Below are positions 16,610 to 25,614 of a DNA stretch of 64,000 nucleotides, one piece after another. Position 1 is the stretch's first letter. Each line of letters starts with the position of its first letter. Origin of the DNA: Clostridia bacterium (GTDB lineage Bacteria > Bacillota > Clostridia > Christensenellales > Aristaeellaceae); the NCBI GenBank assembly GCA_017547805.1, contig JAFYOR010000064.1, positions 24,578 through 88,577 on the forward strand, read 5' to 3'. The notes beneath the pieces are model-generated. The model searched no databases. It was not told the DNA's origin and worked only from the letters and a program-made list of their open reading frames with translations. Position numbers and translations under genes: made by a program.

Positions 16610-17665
16610 TTAGTGATCGGAGATGCCGTTGATCATCTCATACAGCGGGAGGTTGAACTCGCGCTTGGTAGCCAGCGCCTCGTCGATGGGCAGATAATAC
16701 ACGCGGCCATCCTTGATGCCGATGACCTGGTTGCCCAGACCGTGGGCGAGCATCTTGACGGCCAGCGTGCCGGCCTCAAAGGCGAACCAGCGGTCATAAG
16801 CGGTCGGCGTGCGGCCGCGCTGTGTGTAGCCGCAGACGGTCGGGCGGATTTCCGCCTTGGTCTTCACCTTGAGCACCTTGGCGAGGTAATCGGTGGAGAT
16901 CACGCTGTCCGCATGGCAGCGGACGCCGTTTTCCATGAGGACCTTCTGCCAGTCATAGGGGGCCATGGAATCCCACGCGCCTTCGGCGATGACGATGGTC
17001 GCGCGCGGATTGCCGTTGTCCACCTGACGGGCGAGGCGGTCGGAAACCTCCTGAATGCTCCACGGCACCTCGGGCACGATGCAGATTTCCGCGCCGGAAG
17101 CGGCGGCGGTGCGCAGGGCGAGGTCGCCGCAGTGACGGCCCATGACCTCGACAATGTGCGGTCTGTCGTGGGAACGGCTGGTGGCGCGGATGGCGCGCAC
17201 GTCCTCCATACAGGAGTTGGAGGCGGTGTCGTAGCCAAGCGTCATCTCGGTGTAGGCAAGGTCGTTGTCGATGGTGCCCGGAATACCGATGCACGGGATG
17301 CCCTGCCTGCAAAGCGCGCGGGCGCCCATGTAGGAACCGTCGCCGCCGATGACAACGACGCCCTCGATGCCCATTTCGCGCAGGTTGTTTGCCGCGCGGA
17401 CCTGATTGGGCAGATCCTTGAACTCGGGGCAGCGGGCGGTGCGCAGGAACGTGCCTGCCTGGTCGGCAATGTCAAGGATCGTATCCAGATCCAGATTGAT
17501 GATGTCATCTTCAAGGCGCGCGCTCTTGCGCAGAGCGCCGTCATAGCCGCGCTTGATGCCGACAAGTTCCATGCCGCGATGACGGGCAGCCATCGCAACC
17601 GCCATGATGGCGGCGTTCATGCCCGGCGCGTCGCCGCCGGAGGTAAGAACTGCAATTCGGCGCAT
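16610..17665 (-). CDS. pfkA: ATP-type 6-phosphofructokinase
   Basis: MRRIAVLTSGGDAPGMNAAI, IGGDGSYMGA, GIPGTIDNDL and TQRGG motifs. Confidence 0.9.
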   Translation of the reverse strand: MRRIAVLTSGGDAPGMNAAIMAVAMAARHRGMELVGIKRGYDGALRKSARLEDDIINLDLDTILDIADQAGTFLRTARCPEFKDLPNQVRAANNLREMGIEGVVVIGGDGSYMGARALCRQGIPCIGIPGTIDNDLAYTEMTLGYDTASNSCMEDVRAIRATSRSHDRPHIVEVMGRHCGDLALRTAAASGAEICIVPEVPWSIQEVSDRLARQVDNGNPRATIVIAEGAWDSMAPYDWQKVLMENGVRCHADSVISTDYLAKVLKVKTKAEIRPTVCGYTQRGRTPTAYDRWFAFEAGTLAVKMLAHGLGNQVIGIKDGRVYYLPIDEALATKREFNLPLYEMINGISDH

Positions 17666-17866
17666 AGGAAAATCTCCCTTCTGTTATGTAAGGACGGTCA
17701 AGCCGCCGCATATGATTGTGTGACCGGACGGGTCCGGATCAAAAAACTTCATTTGGAGATATTATACGATGCAACCTCAAGTGAAGTCAATATCAAACCC
17801 TGTGCTTTGGGGCAAATCATTGCCGCTCAGCCGGCGTATTTGGCTGATAATGGCTGGAAAATCTGG

Positions 17867-17944
17867 TTTTGCTTGATTTTTCGGCTCTTTTTCAGGCTTT
17901 GGCTGAAAATCCTCTTGACTTGTTACAGCTTTGTGAAGTATACT
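17867..17944 (+). promoter_or_regulatory. rpmH promoter with phased T-tracts upstream
   Basis: TTGACT (17915-17920), 18-nt spacer, TATACT (17939-17944). T-tracts start at 17867, 17877, 17888 and 17898 (about 10-11 nt phasing), as expected for bent or UP-element DNA. Confidence 0.55.
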
Positions 17945-18033
17945 ATACTAGCTTACGCATGGAACAACGTACCGCCCGGCGGTACGGCACCCAAATCAGC
18001 TTAAAACAACCTTAATATAAGGAGAGTGTAATT

Positions 18034-18189
18034 ATGGCTTCCTCTGTCAGAACTTATCAGCCCAAGAAGCGTCAGCGCGCGAAGGTGCACGGCTTCCGTT
18101 CCCGTATGTCCACCAAGAATGGCCGCAAGGTTCTTGCCCGCCGCCGCGCTCGTGGCCGCGCCCGCCTGACCGTTTCCAATCCCGTGTAA
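18034..18189 (+). CDS. rpmH: 50S ribosomal protein L34
   Basis: Not in the ORF track (51 aa). Translation is [60 protein letters not shown] is upstream and rnpA follows. Confidence 0.95.
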   Translation: MASSVRTYQPKKRQRAKVHGFRSRMSTKNGRKVLARRRARGRARLTVSNPV

Positions 18190-18350
18190 TTGCCTGACGG
18201 CATGATTGCCGTCATCCGCCTTCTGGCGGTGCCCGTTTCTAACGCAGCCCGGCTGCGCAGTGTTATTAGAAGCGTTCGGTCCGGCCCGGACAAGTCCGGG
18301 AACGGGCCTTTTTCTTTAGTGCCGCCGCACGGAGGGAGCGTTTCCCTCCT

Positions 18351-18755
18351 GTGCGGCATGATTGGAGCGAAGGAATTTTGCAGAGAACATACAGCCTGAA
18401 AAAGAACGCGCAGTTCAAATACGTCTATCGCCGCGGCGCGTCCGGCGGCTCGCATGAGATGGTCATGCTGTATGTGCGCTCAAAGCAGCTGAAGGTCGGT
18501 TTTTCCGTCGGAAAAAAGATCGGCTGCGCCGTGGAGCGCAATCGTGTCAAGCGCCGTCTGCGCGCTGCTGCCGCCGAGCTCCTCCCCCGAATGAAGCCGG
18601 GGCTTTATGTCTTCATTGCCCGCCAGCCGGCCCTCACAGCGGAGTATTCGAAGCTGTGCCGTTCCATGCAGTACCTGCTGCGCAGGCAGAACCTCCTCCT
18701 TCCCGAAGATAAGCAGATCGGAAAGGACGATGAAAAAGTGGGTGAACAGGCATGA
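18351..18755 (+). CDS. rnpA: ribonuclease P protein component
   Basis: [14 protein letters not shown]...[17 protein letters not shown] matches the RnpA signature. The start is uncertain: GTG 18351 lies inside a hairpin, and TTG 18378 is the alternative. Confidence 0.85.
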   Translation: MRHDWSEGILQRTYSLKKNAQFKYVYRRGASGGSHEMVMLYVRSKQLKVGFSVGKKIGCAVERNRVKRRLRAAAAELLPRMKPGLYVFIARQPALTAEYSKLCRSMQYLLRRQNLLLPEDKQIGKDDEKVGEQA

Positions 18756-18961
18756 TCAAGCGTGCGCTGCTTGCGCTGATCCGTTTTTACCGGAAGCATC
18801 TGCGCCATGCGCCCTGCTGCCGCTTTACGCCCACCTGTTCCCAGTATGCTCTTGAGGCGATCACCAAATACGGTGCGCTCAAGGGGAGCTATCTGGCCGT
18901 GCGGCGCATTCTGCGCTGCCATCCCTTTTACAAGGGAGATCTCTATGATCCGGTACCGTGA
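18752..18961 (+). CDS. yidD: membrane protein insertion efficiency factor YidD
   Basis: LIRFYRKHL...[19 protein letters not shown]...RILRCHPF matches the YidD signature. ATGA overlap with the rnpA stop. Confidence 0.92.
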   Translation: MIKRALLALIRFYRKHLRHAPCCRFTPTCSQYALEAITKYGALKGSYLAVRRILRCHPFYKGDLYDPVP

Positions 18962-19090
18962 CGGCTTTTGCCGCAGTCGCCGCTTCTGCCAAGAGGAGCG
19001 GCGCACGGGAATCTCCGGCGTTTTGCCGGGCTTTTCTGCGGGCGGATTGCCTGCATCTTTCTGAAAAGAAATTAAGGAGGACGCAAGTCC

Positions 19091-20092
19091 ATGGGTTTTC
19101 TTAACTCCCTGCTGCTCACGATCATCCGTGCGCTGCACTCGATCATCAATAACTACGCGCTAACGATTATCATTTTCACGATTCTCATCAAGGTGGCGGT
19201 GCTTCCGCTCAACATCAAGAGCCGCCGTTCCACCATGCGCATGTCCGCCCTGCAGCCGCAGATGAAGGCCCTGCAGGACAAGTACAAGGACGATCAGGAG
19301 AAGCTCAATCAGAAGATGAGCGAGCTCTACCGCAAGGAAGGCGTCAGCCCCCTGGGCGGCTGCCTGCCGATGATCATTTCCATGTTTGTTCTCTTCGCGA
19401 TGTTCTATGCGCTGCGCGCCTTTGCCGATACGCAGCTCATCACCCAGTTCCTGACCTTCTACCACAACCCGGAAATCGACCCGCGCACCATGTGCGAGCC
19501 GTTCCTGTGGATCCGCAACTTCTGGATGCCGGACAGCCCGTTCGCTTCCTACATGCCCAACGCCAACGCCCTGCGCATGGCGGACTTCAAGGTCTGGAAC
19601 GAGGTCAGCGCGAATCTGGCTGCCTCCGGTGTGATCCCGCAGGCGCTCAACTTTGCTGATTCTTCCGCTGTCCAGACGTATGTCAACGAAGTCGTCGCGC
19701 CGTTCATTGCTTCTGAAGCGTATGCGCCGTATGTCGCTGTCGTTCCGGGTCTGGAGAACCTGAGCATTCTGGGTCTGATCAAGCTGACCATCTTCAAGGA
19801 AGGCAACGGCTGGTTCATCCTCCCGCTGCTGTCCATGGGCACGCAGATCCTCATGCAGAAGCTGACTATGGGCGCTCAGCAGATGGATCCGTCCCAGCAG
19901 AGCACCCAGAAGACCATGATCTATGTCATGCTCTTCATGTCTCTGTATTTCTGTGCGAGCTACAACTCTGCGTTCGCTCTGTACTGGGTTGTTGGCAACG
20001 TCTATGCGATCTTTGAGCAGCTGGGCATGAACAAGTACTTCAAGACGCAGGAGCTCAAGGCGGCGAAGGCCGAGGAGGTTGGCATTTTATGA
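19091..20092 (+). CDS. yidC: membrane insertase YidC/Oxa1 family
   Basis: Conserved LPLNIKS...MSALQPQMKALQDKYKDD...MSELYRKEGVSPLGGCLPM segment and multiple TM helices. Confidence 0.9.
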   Translation: MGFLNSLLLTIIRALHSIINNYALTIIIFTILIKVAVLPLNIKSRRSTMRMSALQPQMKALQDKYKDDQEKLNQKMSELYRKEGVSPLGGCLPMIISMFVLFAMFYALRAFADTQLITQFLTFYHNPEIDPRTMCEPFLWIRNFWMPDSPFASYMPNANALRMADFKVWNEVSANLAASGVIPQALNFADSSAVQTYVNEVVAPFIASEAYAPYVAVVPGLENLSILGLIKLTIFKEGNGWFILPLLSMGTQILMQKLTMGAQQMDPSQQSTQKTMIYVMLFMSLYFCASYNSAFALYWVVGNVYAIFEQLGMNKYFKTQELKAAKAEEVGIL

Positions 20093-21351
20093 GAACGCAG
20101 GAATTTACCGGCAAGACGACGCAGGAAGCGATTGACGCCGGCCTCGCCGCGCTGGGCGTCACGATTGCCGATGTGCATGTCGACGTCATTCAGGAAGGCG
20201 CGAAGGGTTTGTTCGGTCTGTTTGGCAGCAAGCCGGCTTGCGTCCGCCTCACCGTCATGGAGGACGAGCAGGAAGACGATCATGGCCTGAGCGATCTGCT
20301 GGGCAGCTTCTCCCTGAGCGATCCGAACCAGAAGAAGAAGCCGCAGCCCAAGGCTGCCAAGCCGGAAGCCAAGAAGGAAGCGCCGAAGGCCGAAGCCAAG
20401 AAGGAAGCGCCCAAGGCGGAACCCAAGAAGGAAGCCCCGAAGGCGGAAGCCAAGAAGGAAGCGCCGAAGGCCGAACCCAAGAAGGAAGCGCCCAAGGCCG
20501 AGGTGAAGGCGGAAGCCGAGCAGGAAGCGCCGAAGGCCGAAGCCAAGAAGGAGCGCGCGCCCAAGCAGCCGCGCCCGGCCAAGAAGGAGCGCGCCCCCAA
20601 GGCGCCCAAGGCGGAAGCCAAGGCCGAAGAGCCGAAGGAAGAAAAGGAATACGCCCCGATGACGCCGGCCGAGCCTTTCAACCCGACCGAGCCGCCGGTG
20701 ATGCACGACGAGGCCACGCCGGCCGGCCGTGCGCAGCGTTTCCTCATGGATGTGACCGAGCGCATGAACGTGAAGGTGGACGTCTATGTGGATGATTCCA
20801 AGGAAGATAATCTCTACATTCACATGATCGGCGATACGCTGGGCATCCTCATCGGACGCCGCGGCGAAACGCTGGATGCGCTGCAGTACCTCACCAGCCT
20901 GCAGGTCAACAAGGGCCGTGACGGCTATATCCGCGTCACGCTGGATACCGAAAACTATCGCGCCAAGCGCGAGGACAGCCTGCGCCGTCTGGCGCAGCGC
21001 ATGGCCAACCGTGCGCAGAAGACCGGCCGCAAGGTCGTGCTGGAGCCGATGAATCCGTATGAGCGCCGTGTGCTGCACACCGCGCTGCAGAATCATCCGG
21101 CGGTCACGACCCATTCCGAGGGCGAGGAGCCGAACCGCCGCGTGGTCATCATGCTGGCGGGCCAGACGGAGAACAGCGCCAAGGCCGAGCGCGGCGAGCG
21201 TGCCGAGCGCGGCGAAAAGCCGTCTTCTTCCCGCCGCAGCCGCAGCCGCCGCCGTGGCCGCCGCGGTTCCAAGAAGGACGGCCAGAACGCTCCGCAGACG
21301 GAAAACGCGCAGGAGACTGTCGTTTCCGCTGAGGCCGGCAGCGAAGAATAA
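20089..21351 (+). CDS. jag: Jag/KhpB RNA-binding protein (Jag_N, KH, R3H) with expanded lysine-rich linker and basic C-terminal tail
   Basis: Jag_N start (FTGKTTQEAIDAGLAALGV), a KH-like IGRRGETLDALQYL segment and an R3H-like EPMNPYERRVLHTAL segment. ATGA overlap with yidC. Confidence 0.88.
   Translation: MRTQEFTGKTTQEAIDAGLAALGVTIADVHVDVIQEGAKGLFGLFGSKPACVRLTVMEDEQEDDHGLSDLLGSFSLSDPNQKKKPQPKAAKPEAKKEAPKAEAKKEAPKAEPKKEAPKAEAKKEAPKAEPKKEAPKAEVKAEAEQEAPKAEAKKERAPKQPRPAKKERAPKAPKAEAKAEEPKEEKEYAPMTPAEPFNPTEPPVMHDEATPAGRAQRFLMDVTERMNVKVDVYVDDSKEDNLYIHMIGDTLGILIGRRGETLDALQYLTSLQVNKGRDGYIRVTLDTENYRAKREDSLRRLAQRMANRAQKTGRKVVLEPMNPYERRVLHTALQNHPAVTTHSEGEEPNRRVVIMLAGQTENSAKAERGERAERGEKPSSSRRSRSRRRGRRGSKKDGQNAPQTENAQETVVSAEAGSEE
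20365..20499 (+). repeat. coding 27-nt tandem repeat (about 5 units, E-A/P-K-K-E-A-P-K-A) in the jag linker
   Basis: GAAGCCAAGAAGGAAGCGCCGAAGGCC-type units follow each other in frame. Degenerate K/E/A/P-rich sequence continues to about 20640. Confidence 0.85.
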
Positions 21352-21356
21352 TCAGG

Positions 21357-21386
21357 GGCGGGGGGAGGAATCCTCCCGCCTTTTCG
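21357..21386 (+). terminator. terminator after jag
   Basis: GGCGGGGGGAGG-AAT-CCTCCCGCC followed by TTTT. The stem has a small G bulge. Confidence 0.55.
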
Positions 21387-21428
21387 CTCTCCCGAAGAGG
21401 AAAAAGAAGGAGGAGAAGGAAATCGGGC

Positions 21429-22889
21429 ATGAAAATGGAAATAAGCATGAATAAGGCTGTTCGTTTCGTTCGCAGGATGATTGTGAATGCAGTGACGGAT
21501 GCCGGATTGTTTGTTTTTGTGTCGTTCATGATGGCATTCTTTTCCAGCATGGATCCATTCCTGCTTACCAGGGAAGAGCTTTCGCTGCTCAGGCAGTATG
21601 TGTTTATCCCCTGGGGGGCTGCGCTGTGTATATATCGTATGCAGCGTGCGAATGAAAGAAACCTGAAGACGCGCGCCGAGGTCGGGGCGCTCTTTGTGCT
21701 CTGGCTGTGGCTGGTTGTGCCGTTTGCGCTGCGCTTTGGATTCCCTGCGCGTGCGGTCGGCGGATGGCACAGCTATGGCGTGATGTTCTTTGCGATCTAT
21801 GCGCTCGTCAGTGAGGAGGAGCGAAAGCGCAGAGAAGCGGCGTTTGATCATGTCACGCTGCTCTTTGCGGTGCTTGGCTGGATTCTGGGCGTTACGCTGC
21901 TGTATTGTGCGGTGACAGCCAAGTCCTTTATGACGGAGTTTGGCAGCTTTTCCTATGGCGTTCATCAGGACATGCACCTGACCAGCGGCCATTACTACAA
22001 TACGACGGCCCTGATCGGGCTGTATACCGCGCTGATGTGTCTGGCGGGCATGAGCCGCAGCAAATGCGCGCGCTCCCGGCTGCTGTATGCCGTTCCAGCG
22101 GTGATGATGAGCGTTGTTACGATTCTGACCCAGAGCAGAACGGCGCGGTATGCGCTGCTTACCGCGCTTGCGCTGGGCACATATGGTGTGGCGAGCTGCC
22201 TGCTGAAGGGAAGACGCCTGCTTGTGCGGCAGTTCTGTGCGCTTGCGCTGGGCACGGTGGTGCTCGTCGGCGGCTATTTTGGCGCCGACTATCTGACGGA
22301 GAAGGCGCTTGTTCACTTTGCTACCCATGAGACGAAGACCAATATGCTCACGCTGATTGCGCCGGCGGTGGCGGAGGAGGCGGAGCCAGAAATGCAGGCG
22401 GAGGAAGTTGACGTCGATGACCTCAAGCGAGGCTTTGGCGATGCGACGTTCACCGGAAGAACAAAAATCTGGAAAAACGCGATAGCGATCTGGAAGGGAA
22501 CGCCCAGGTATATGTTTATCGGCGTGGGTGCCGGCAATTCCGGCATGCTGCTGGCTAAGAACTTCTGGGCGTTTGAACAGATCGGCGGGGTGGAGGCGCA
22601 CAATGCGTGTCTGCAGTTTGCCGTGGATTATGGCATCATCGCGCTGGCGCTGATTTTCGCGTTTTCGGGTCTTGTGTTCGGACCGGCGCTGCGGGTGTTC
22701 TGCAGGGACGACTGGCGCAGTGGCTACGGCGTCATGGCGATGCTCGTGGCGGCGGTGATGCTCGTGGGCCTGATGGAAAGCGACCCGCTTGCCGGGCTGA
22801 CGCTCAGCAGTACGCTGCTGTTTTTCGCGCTGGCAATGCTTGCCGCGCGCGGCAGGGAGCTGAAGCAGGCTGAAAATGAAAAGGAGTGA
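21429..22889 (+). CDS. O-antigen ligase/polymerase-like (Wzy_C family) polytopic membrane protein
   Basis: About 10 or more hydrophobic helices, LTQSRTARYAL and VGAGNSG...GVEAHNACLQFAVDYG motifs and a large loop. Confidence 0.7.
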   Translation: MKMEISMNKAVRFVRRMIVNAVTDAGLFVFVSFMMAFFSSMDPFLLTREELSLLRQYVFIPWGAALCIYRMQRANERNLKTRAEVGALFVLWLWLVVPFALRFGFPARAVGGWHSYGVMFFAIYALVSEEERKRREAAFDHVTLLFAVLGWILGVTLLYCAVTAKSFMTEFGSFSYGVHQDMHLTSGHYYNTTALIGLYTALMCLAGMSRSKCARSRLLYAVPAVMMSVVTILTQSRTARYALLTALALGTYGVASCLLKGRRLLVRQFCALALGTVVLVGGYFGADYLTEKALVHFATHETKTNMLTLIAPAVAEEAEPEMQAEEVDVDDLKRGFGDATFTGRTKIWKNAIAIWKGTPRYMFIGVGAGNSGMLLAKNFWAFEQIGGVEAHNACLQFAVDYGIIALALIFAFSGLVFGPALRVFCRDDWRSGYGVMAMLVAAVMLVGLMESDPLAGLTLSSTLLFFALAMLAARGRELKQAENEKE

Positions 22890-22895
22890 AATTCG

Positions 22896-24467
22896 ATGAA
22901 GCAGAAAACTCTGGGCATGCTCCTTTGCATGTGTCTGTTGATGATGGCTTGCTGTGCCGCTGCGCAGAATGCCACCTATGTCTTCCCCTATGAGGGGCTG
23001 CGCTATACGCAGCAGGATAACGAGGTGGTGCTTACCCAGACCAACCTTGATGAACATGCTGCGCTGATTGAGTCGATGGGCACGACGCCCGACGCCATTC
23101 TCGCCAGCTATATCGCCTCCAGCATCGTGCTGGAAGTGATTCCGCAGGAAGGCGGGCAGATTGCCGTGAGTCTTGCGGACGCCGGCGCGTATGCCGGCGT
23201 GAAGGCGATGGACGAGATGGACGAAGCGGCGCTCGCGGCCTTTGCCGCGCAGTTTGAAGACAGCGGTCTGTATCAGAGCGTTTCCTTTGCGCAGACGCAG
23301 CCGCTGTGCCTGCGCCTGACGTCCTCGGCGATGTATGGCTCCATGCCGGTGTATTCGCTGCGCTATGCGACGCTGCACCTGGGACGGCTTGTTCTGCTGA
23401 CGCAGACGATCGTCGGCCGTACGCCGGATGAGCAGGATGACGCGCAGATGGAACGCGTGCTTGCCGGCGTCAAGCTGCTTTCCGCGCTTCCTACGCCCAC
23501 GCCCGCACCGACTGCCGTGCCCACGCCGACCCCCGTGCCCACGCCCAAGCCCACGCCCGGCGTTGCCGAGGTGGTTGCGGCGGAGGGCAACATGACGGTT
23601 GAAGGCGTGCCCGCGTTCACGGAGAATGCTCTGCTTGAGATCAGCGGCACGACGGATGCATCCGCCGAGGTTCGCGTGGTGATTGATGCGGAAACGATCG
23701 GCAGAACGACCGCCAAAAAGGACGGCACGTTTGCGCTGAACGTGAGGCTTCCCTATGAGGGCGATCTGACGCTGGCGGTGATGACCGATTCGGCGGAGCA
23801 GATGCTTTCCGTGCACTACGAAATGACGCAGGCTAAGCTTGTGATCACCGGTCCGCAGGAGACGGTCTTCACCGGAAAGACCAACACCATTCGCGGCGAA
23901 ACCGAGCCGGAAGCCACGGTATATGTGGAGGGCGGCAGCGTCAAAACGAATGTGAAGGCGGGTCGGACCGGCGTGTTTACCGTGCGCATCAATCAGGAGA
24001 CGGAAGGCGCTGTGGAATACACCGTGCGCGTCAAGGCGGACGGATTCAAGGAAACCAGCACGGTTGTATCGCTGACGCGCGAACTGACCGAACGCGAGGG
24101 CATTGCGCTCTTCCGACAGAAGATGGTGGAGCCCAAATACGACGAGTATGTGCGCAATGCGGAGAAATACGCCGGACGCAGCGTCAAGTACCGCGGAAAG
24201 GTGATGACGTTCACCGACTATAACGGCAGCCCGTGCGCGCTGGTCTGCGTGAGCAATCCGGGCGTCGGCCTGTGGGAGGATCCGATTTACGTCATCCTTG
24301 ACCCGGCGGTGGAGCTTGAGGTTGGTCAGGTTGCGACGTTCTATTTCATCGGCGAGGGCCAGACGCTGCCCGCCGGCGGGGAATATACGTCCGATGGCGC
24401 GGAGATTGAGGCGCCTGTCGGCCGCGCAAAGTACGTGACCGATATCAAGACGCCGAATATCCAGTAA
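22896..24467 (+). CDS. secreted or lipid-anchored protein with Pro/Thr linker and Ig-like repeats
   Basis: Signal peptide MKQKTLGMLLCMCLLMMACCAAAQ, linker PTPTPAPTAVPTPTPVPTPKPTP, then beta-rich repeats. No family recognised. Confidence 0.7.
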   Translation: MKQKTLGMLLCMCLLMMACCAAAQNATYVFPYEGLRYTQQDNEVVLTQTNLDEHAALIESMGTTPDAILASYIASSIVLEVIPQEGGQIAVSLADAGAYAGVKAMDEMDEAALAAFAAQFEDSGLYQSVSFAQTQPLCLRLTSSAMYGSMPVYSLRYATLHLGRLVLLTQTIVGRTPDEQDDAQMERVLAGVKLLSALPTPTPAPTAVPTPTPVPTPKPTPGVAEVVAAEGNMTVEGVPAFTENALLEISGTTDASAEVRVVIDAETIGRTTAKKDGTFALNVRLPYEGDLTLAVMTDSAEQMLSVHYEMTQAKLVITGPQETVFTGKTNTIRGETEPEATVYVEGGSVKTNVKAGRTGVFTVRINQETEGAVEYTVRVKADGFKETSTVVSLTRELTEREGIALFRQKMVEPKYDEYVRNAEKYAGRSVKYRGKVMTFTDYNGSPCALVCVSNPGVGLWEDPIYVILDPAVELEVGQVATFYFIGEGQTLPAGGEYTSDGAEIEAPVGRAKYVTDIKTPNIQ

Positions 24468-24617
24468 AACAATGCAAGCGCGCCCGCTTCGACTGATGCA
24501 GGCGCGCTTGTTTTGAAAAGAGGCAATGCCGGGTGCAAGGCAGTCGCGCAGCGCGCGACACAAGAGCGCGGTGATGTGGTAAGATATAGTTGCAGAAAAC
24601 AACAAGGAGGCAGGCAT

Positions 24618-25511
24618 ATGTACGGTGCGATTATTGGCGATATTGTGGGCTCTGTGTATGAAAGAAGACGCGACAGGATCAAGACGAAGGAGTTTCCGCT
24701 GTTTAAGGAAAAAAGCCGCATCACGGATGACAGCGTGCTGACCATCGCCGTGGCGCGCGCGCTGATGCGCGGCTATGCGGAGGAGCGCGAATATGCGGAT
24801 ATCCTCGTGGAGGAGATGCAGCGCATCGGCCGCAAGCACATCGACGCGGGCTTCAGCGATGCAACGCAGGCATGGCTCCTTTCCGACGATCCCAAGCCCT
24901 ACGGCAGCTCCGGAAACGGCGCGGCGATGCGCGTATCCCCGTGCGGCCTGATGGCGGTGGCGCTGGAGGAGGCGCTGATCCTTGCGGAAGCGACGGCCAA
25001 TGTGAGCCACAATCACCCCGAAGGCGTCAAGGGCGCGCAGGCGACGGCTGCCGCGGTGTATCTGGCGAAGGAAGGTAAGAGCAAGGAAGAGATCGCGGCG
25101 TATATCCGCGAGCACTTCTATCCGCTGGATAAGACACTGGATGAAATCCGTCCGGTGTATCAGTTCGACTATACCTGTCAGGGTTCCGTGCCGGAGGCGA
25201 TCCAGTGCTTCCTTGAATCCGACAGCTATGAAGACGCCATCCGCAATGCGGTCTCCCTCGGCGGAGACGCCGATACGCAGGCGGCCATCGCCGGCGCGAT
25301 TGCGTGGACGTATTATCTGCGCAGGGATGATCTGCTCTACACCGGGTCGGATGGCTGGCCGGAAGCCTACGCAAGCCTCATCCGGGAGGCGGACAGCCGC
25401 ATGGACGCGGAGGAGATTGAGGATATCCGCAGGTTCCGGGAGATGTGGATGTATCGTGAGGGCGCGTACGACCGCATCGGCATGGTGCGCAGGATCGTGA
25501 AGAACAGATAA
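24618..25511 (+). CDS. ADP-ribosylglycohydrolase family protein
   Basis: MYGAIIGDIVGS, ITDDSV, GNGAAMRVSP and SLGGDADTQAAIAGAIA motifs. Start at ATG 24618 after AAGGAGG. Confidence 0.85.
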   Translation: MYGAIIGDIVGSVYERRRDRIKTKEFPLFKEKSRITDDSVLTIAVARALMRGYAEEREYADILVEEMQRIGRKHIDAGFSDATQAWLLSDDPKPYGSSGNGAAMRVSPCGLMAVALEEALILAEATANVSHNHPEGVKGAQATAAAVYLAKEGKSKEEIAAYIREHFYPLDKTLDEIRPVYQFDYTCQGSVPEAIQCFLESDSYEDAIRNAVSLGGDADTQAAIAGAIAWTYYLRRDDLLYTGSDGWPEAYASLIREADSRMDAEEIEDIRRFREMWMYREGAYDRIGMVRRIVKNR

Positions 25512-25530
25512 ACCATACCGGCTTCAACAA

Positions 25531-25564
25531 AAAAACGGACGGCTTTTGCCGTCCGTTTTTGTTT
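25531..25564. terminator. bidirectional terminator between ARH gene (+) and addA (-)
   Basis: AAAAACGGACGGC-TTTT-GCCGTCCGTTTTT. Confidence 0.8.
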
Positions 25565-25614
25565 GTCCAAAACCTTGCGTGAAGCTGAATGTTGAATCGA
25601 TCGCGGCTGCAGGC

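Noticed and set aside
17666-18033. Possible oriC next to rpmH
   Set aside because: I found no TTATCCACA/TGTGGATAA-type DnaA boxes and no dnaA gene. The AT-rich phased T-tracts are adequately explained as a promoter UP or bent-DNA region.
20340-20640. Regular short DNA repeats that could be mistaken for a CRISPR-like array
   Set aside because: The units are contiguous 27-nt in-frame repeats with no spacers, inside the jag reading frame. They encode a K/E/A/P linker.
21093-25115. 1340-aa ORF on the minus strand
   Set aside because: It is antisense to four well-supported plus-strand genes (jag 3' end, ligase-like gene, secreted protein, ARH). It has Arg/His/Gln-rich nonsense composition. It is a shadow ORF.
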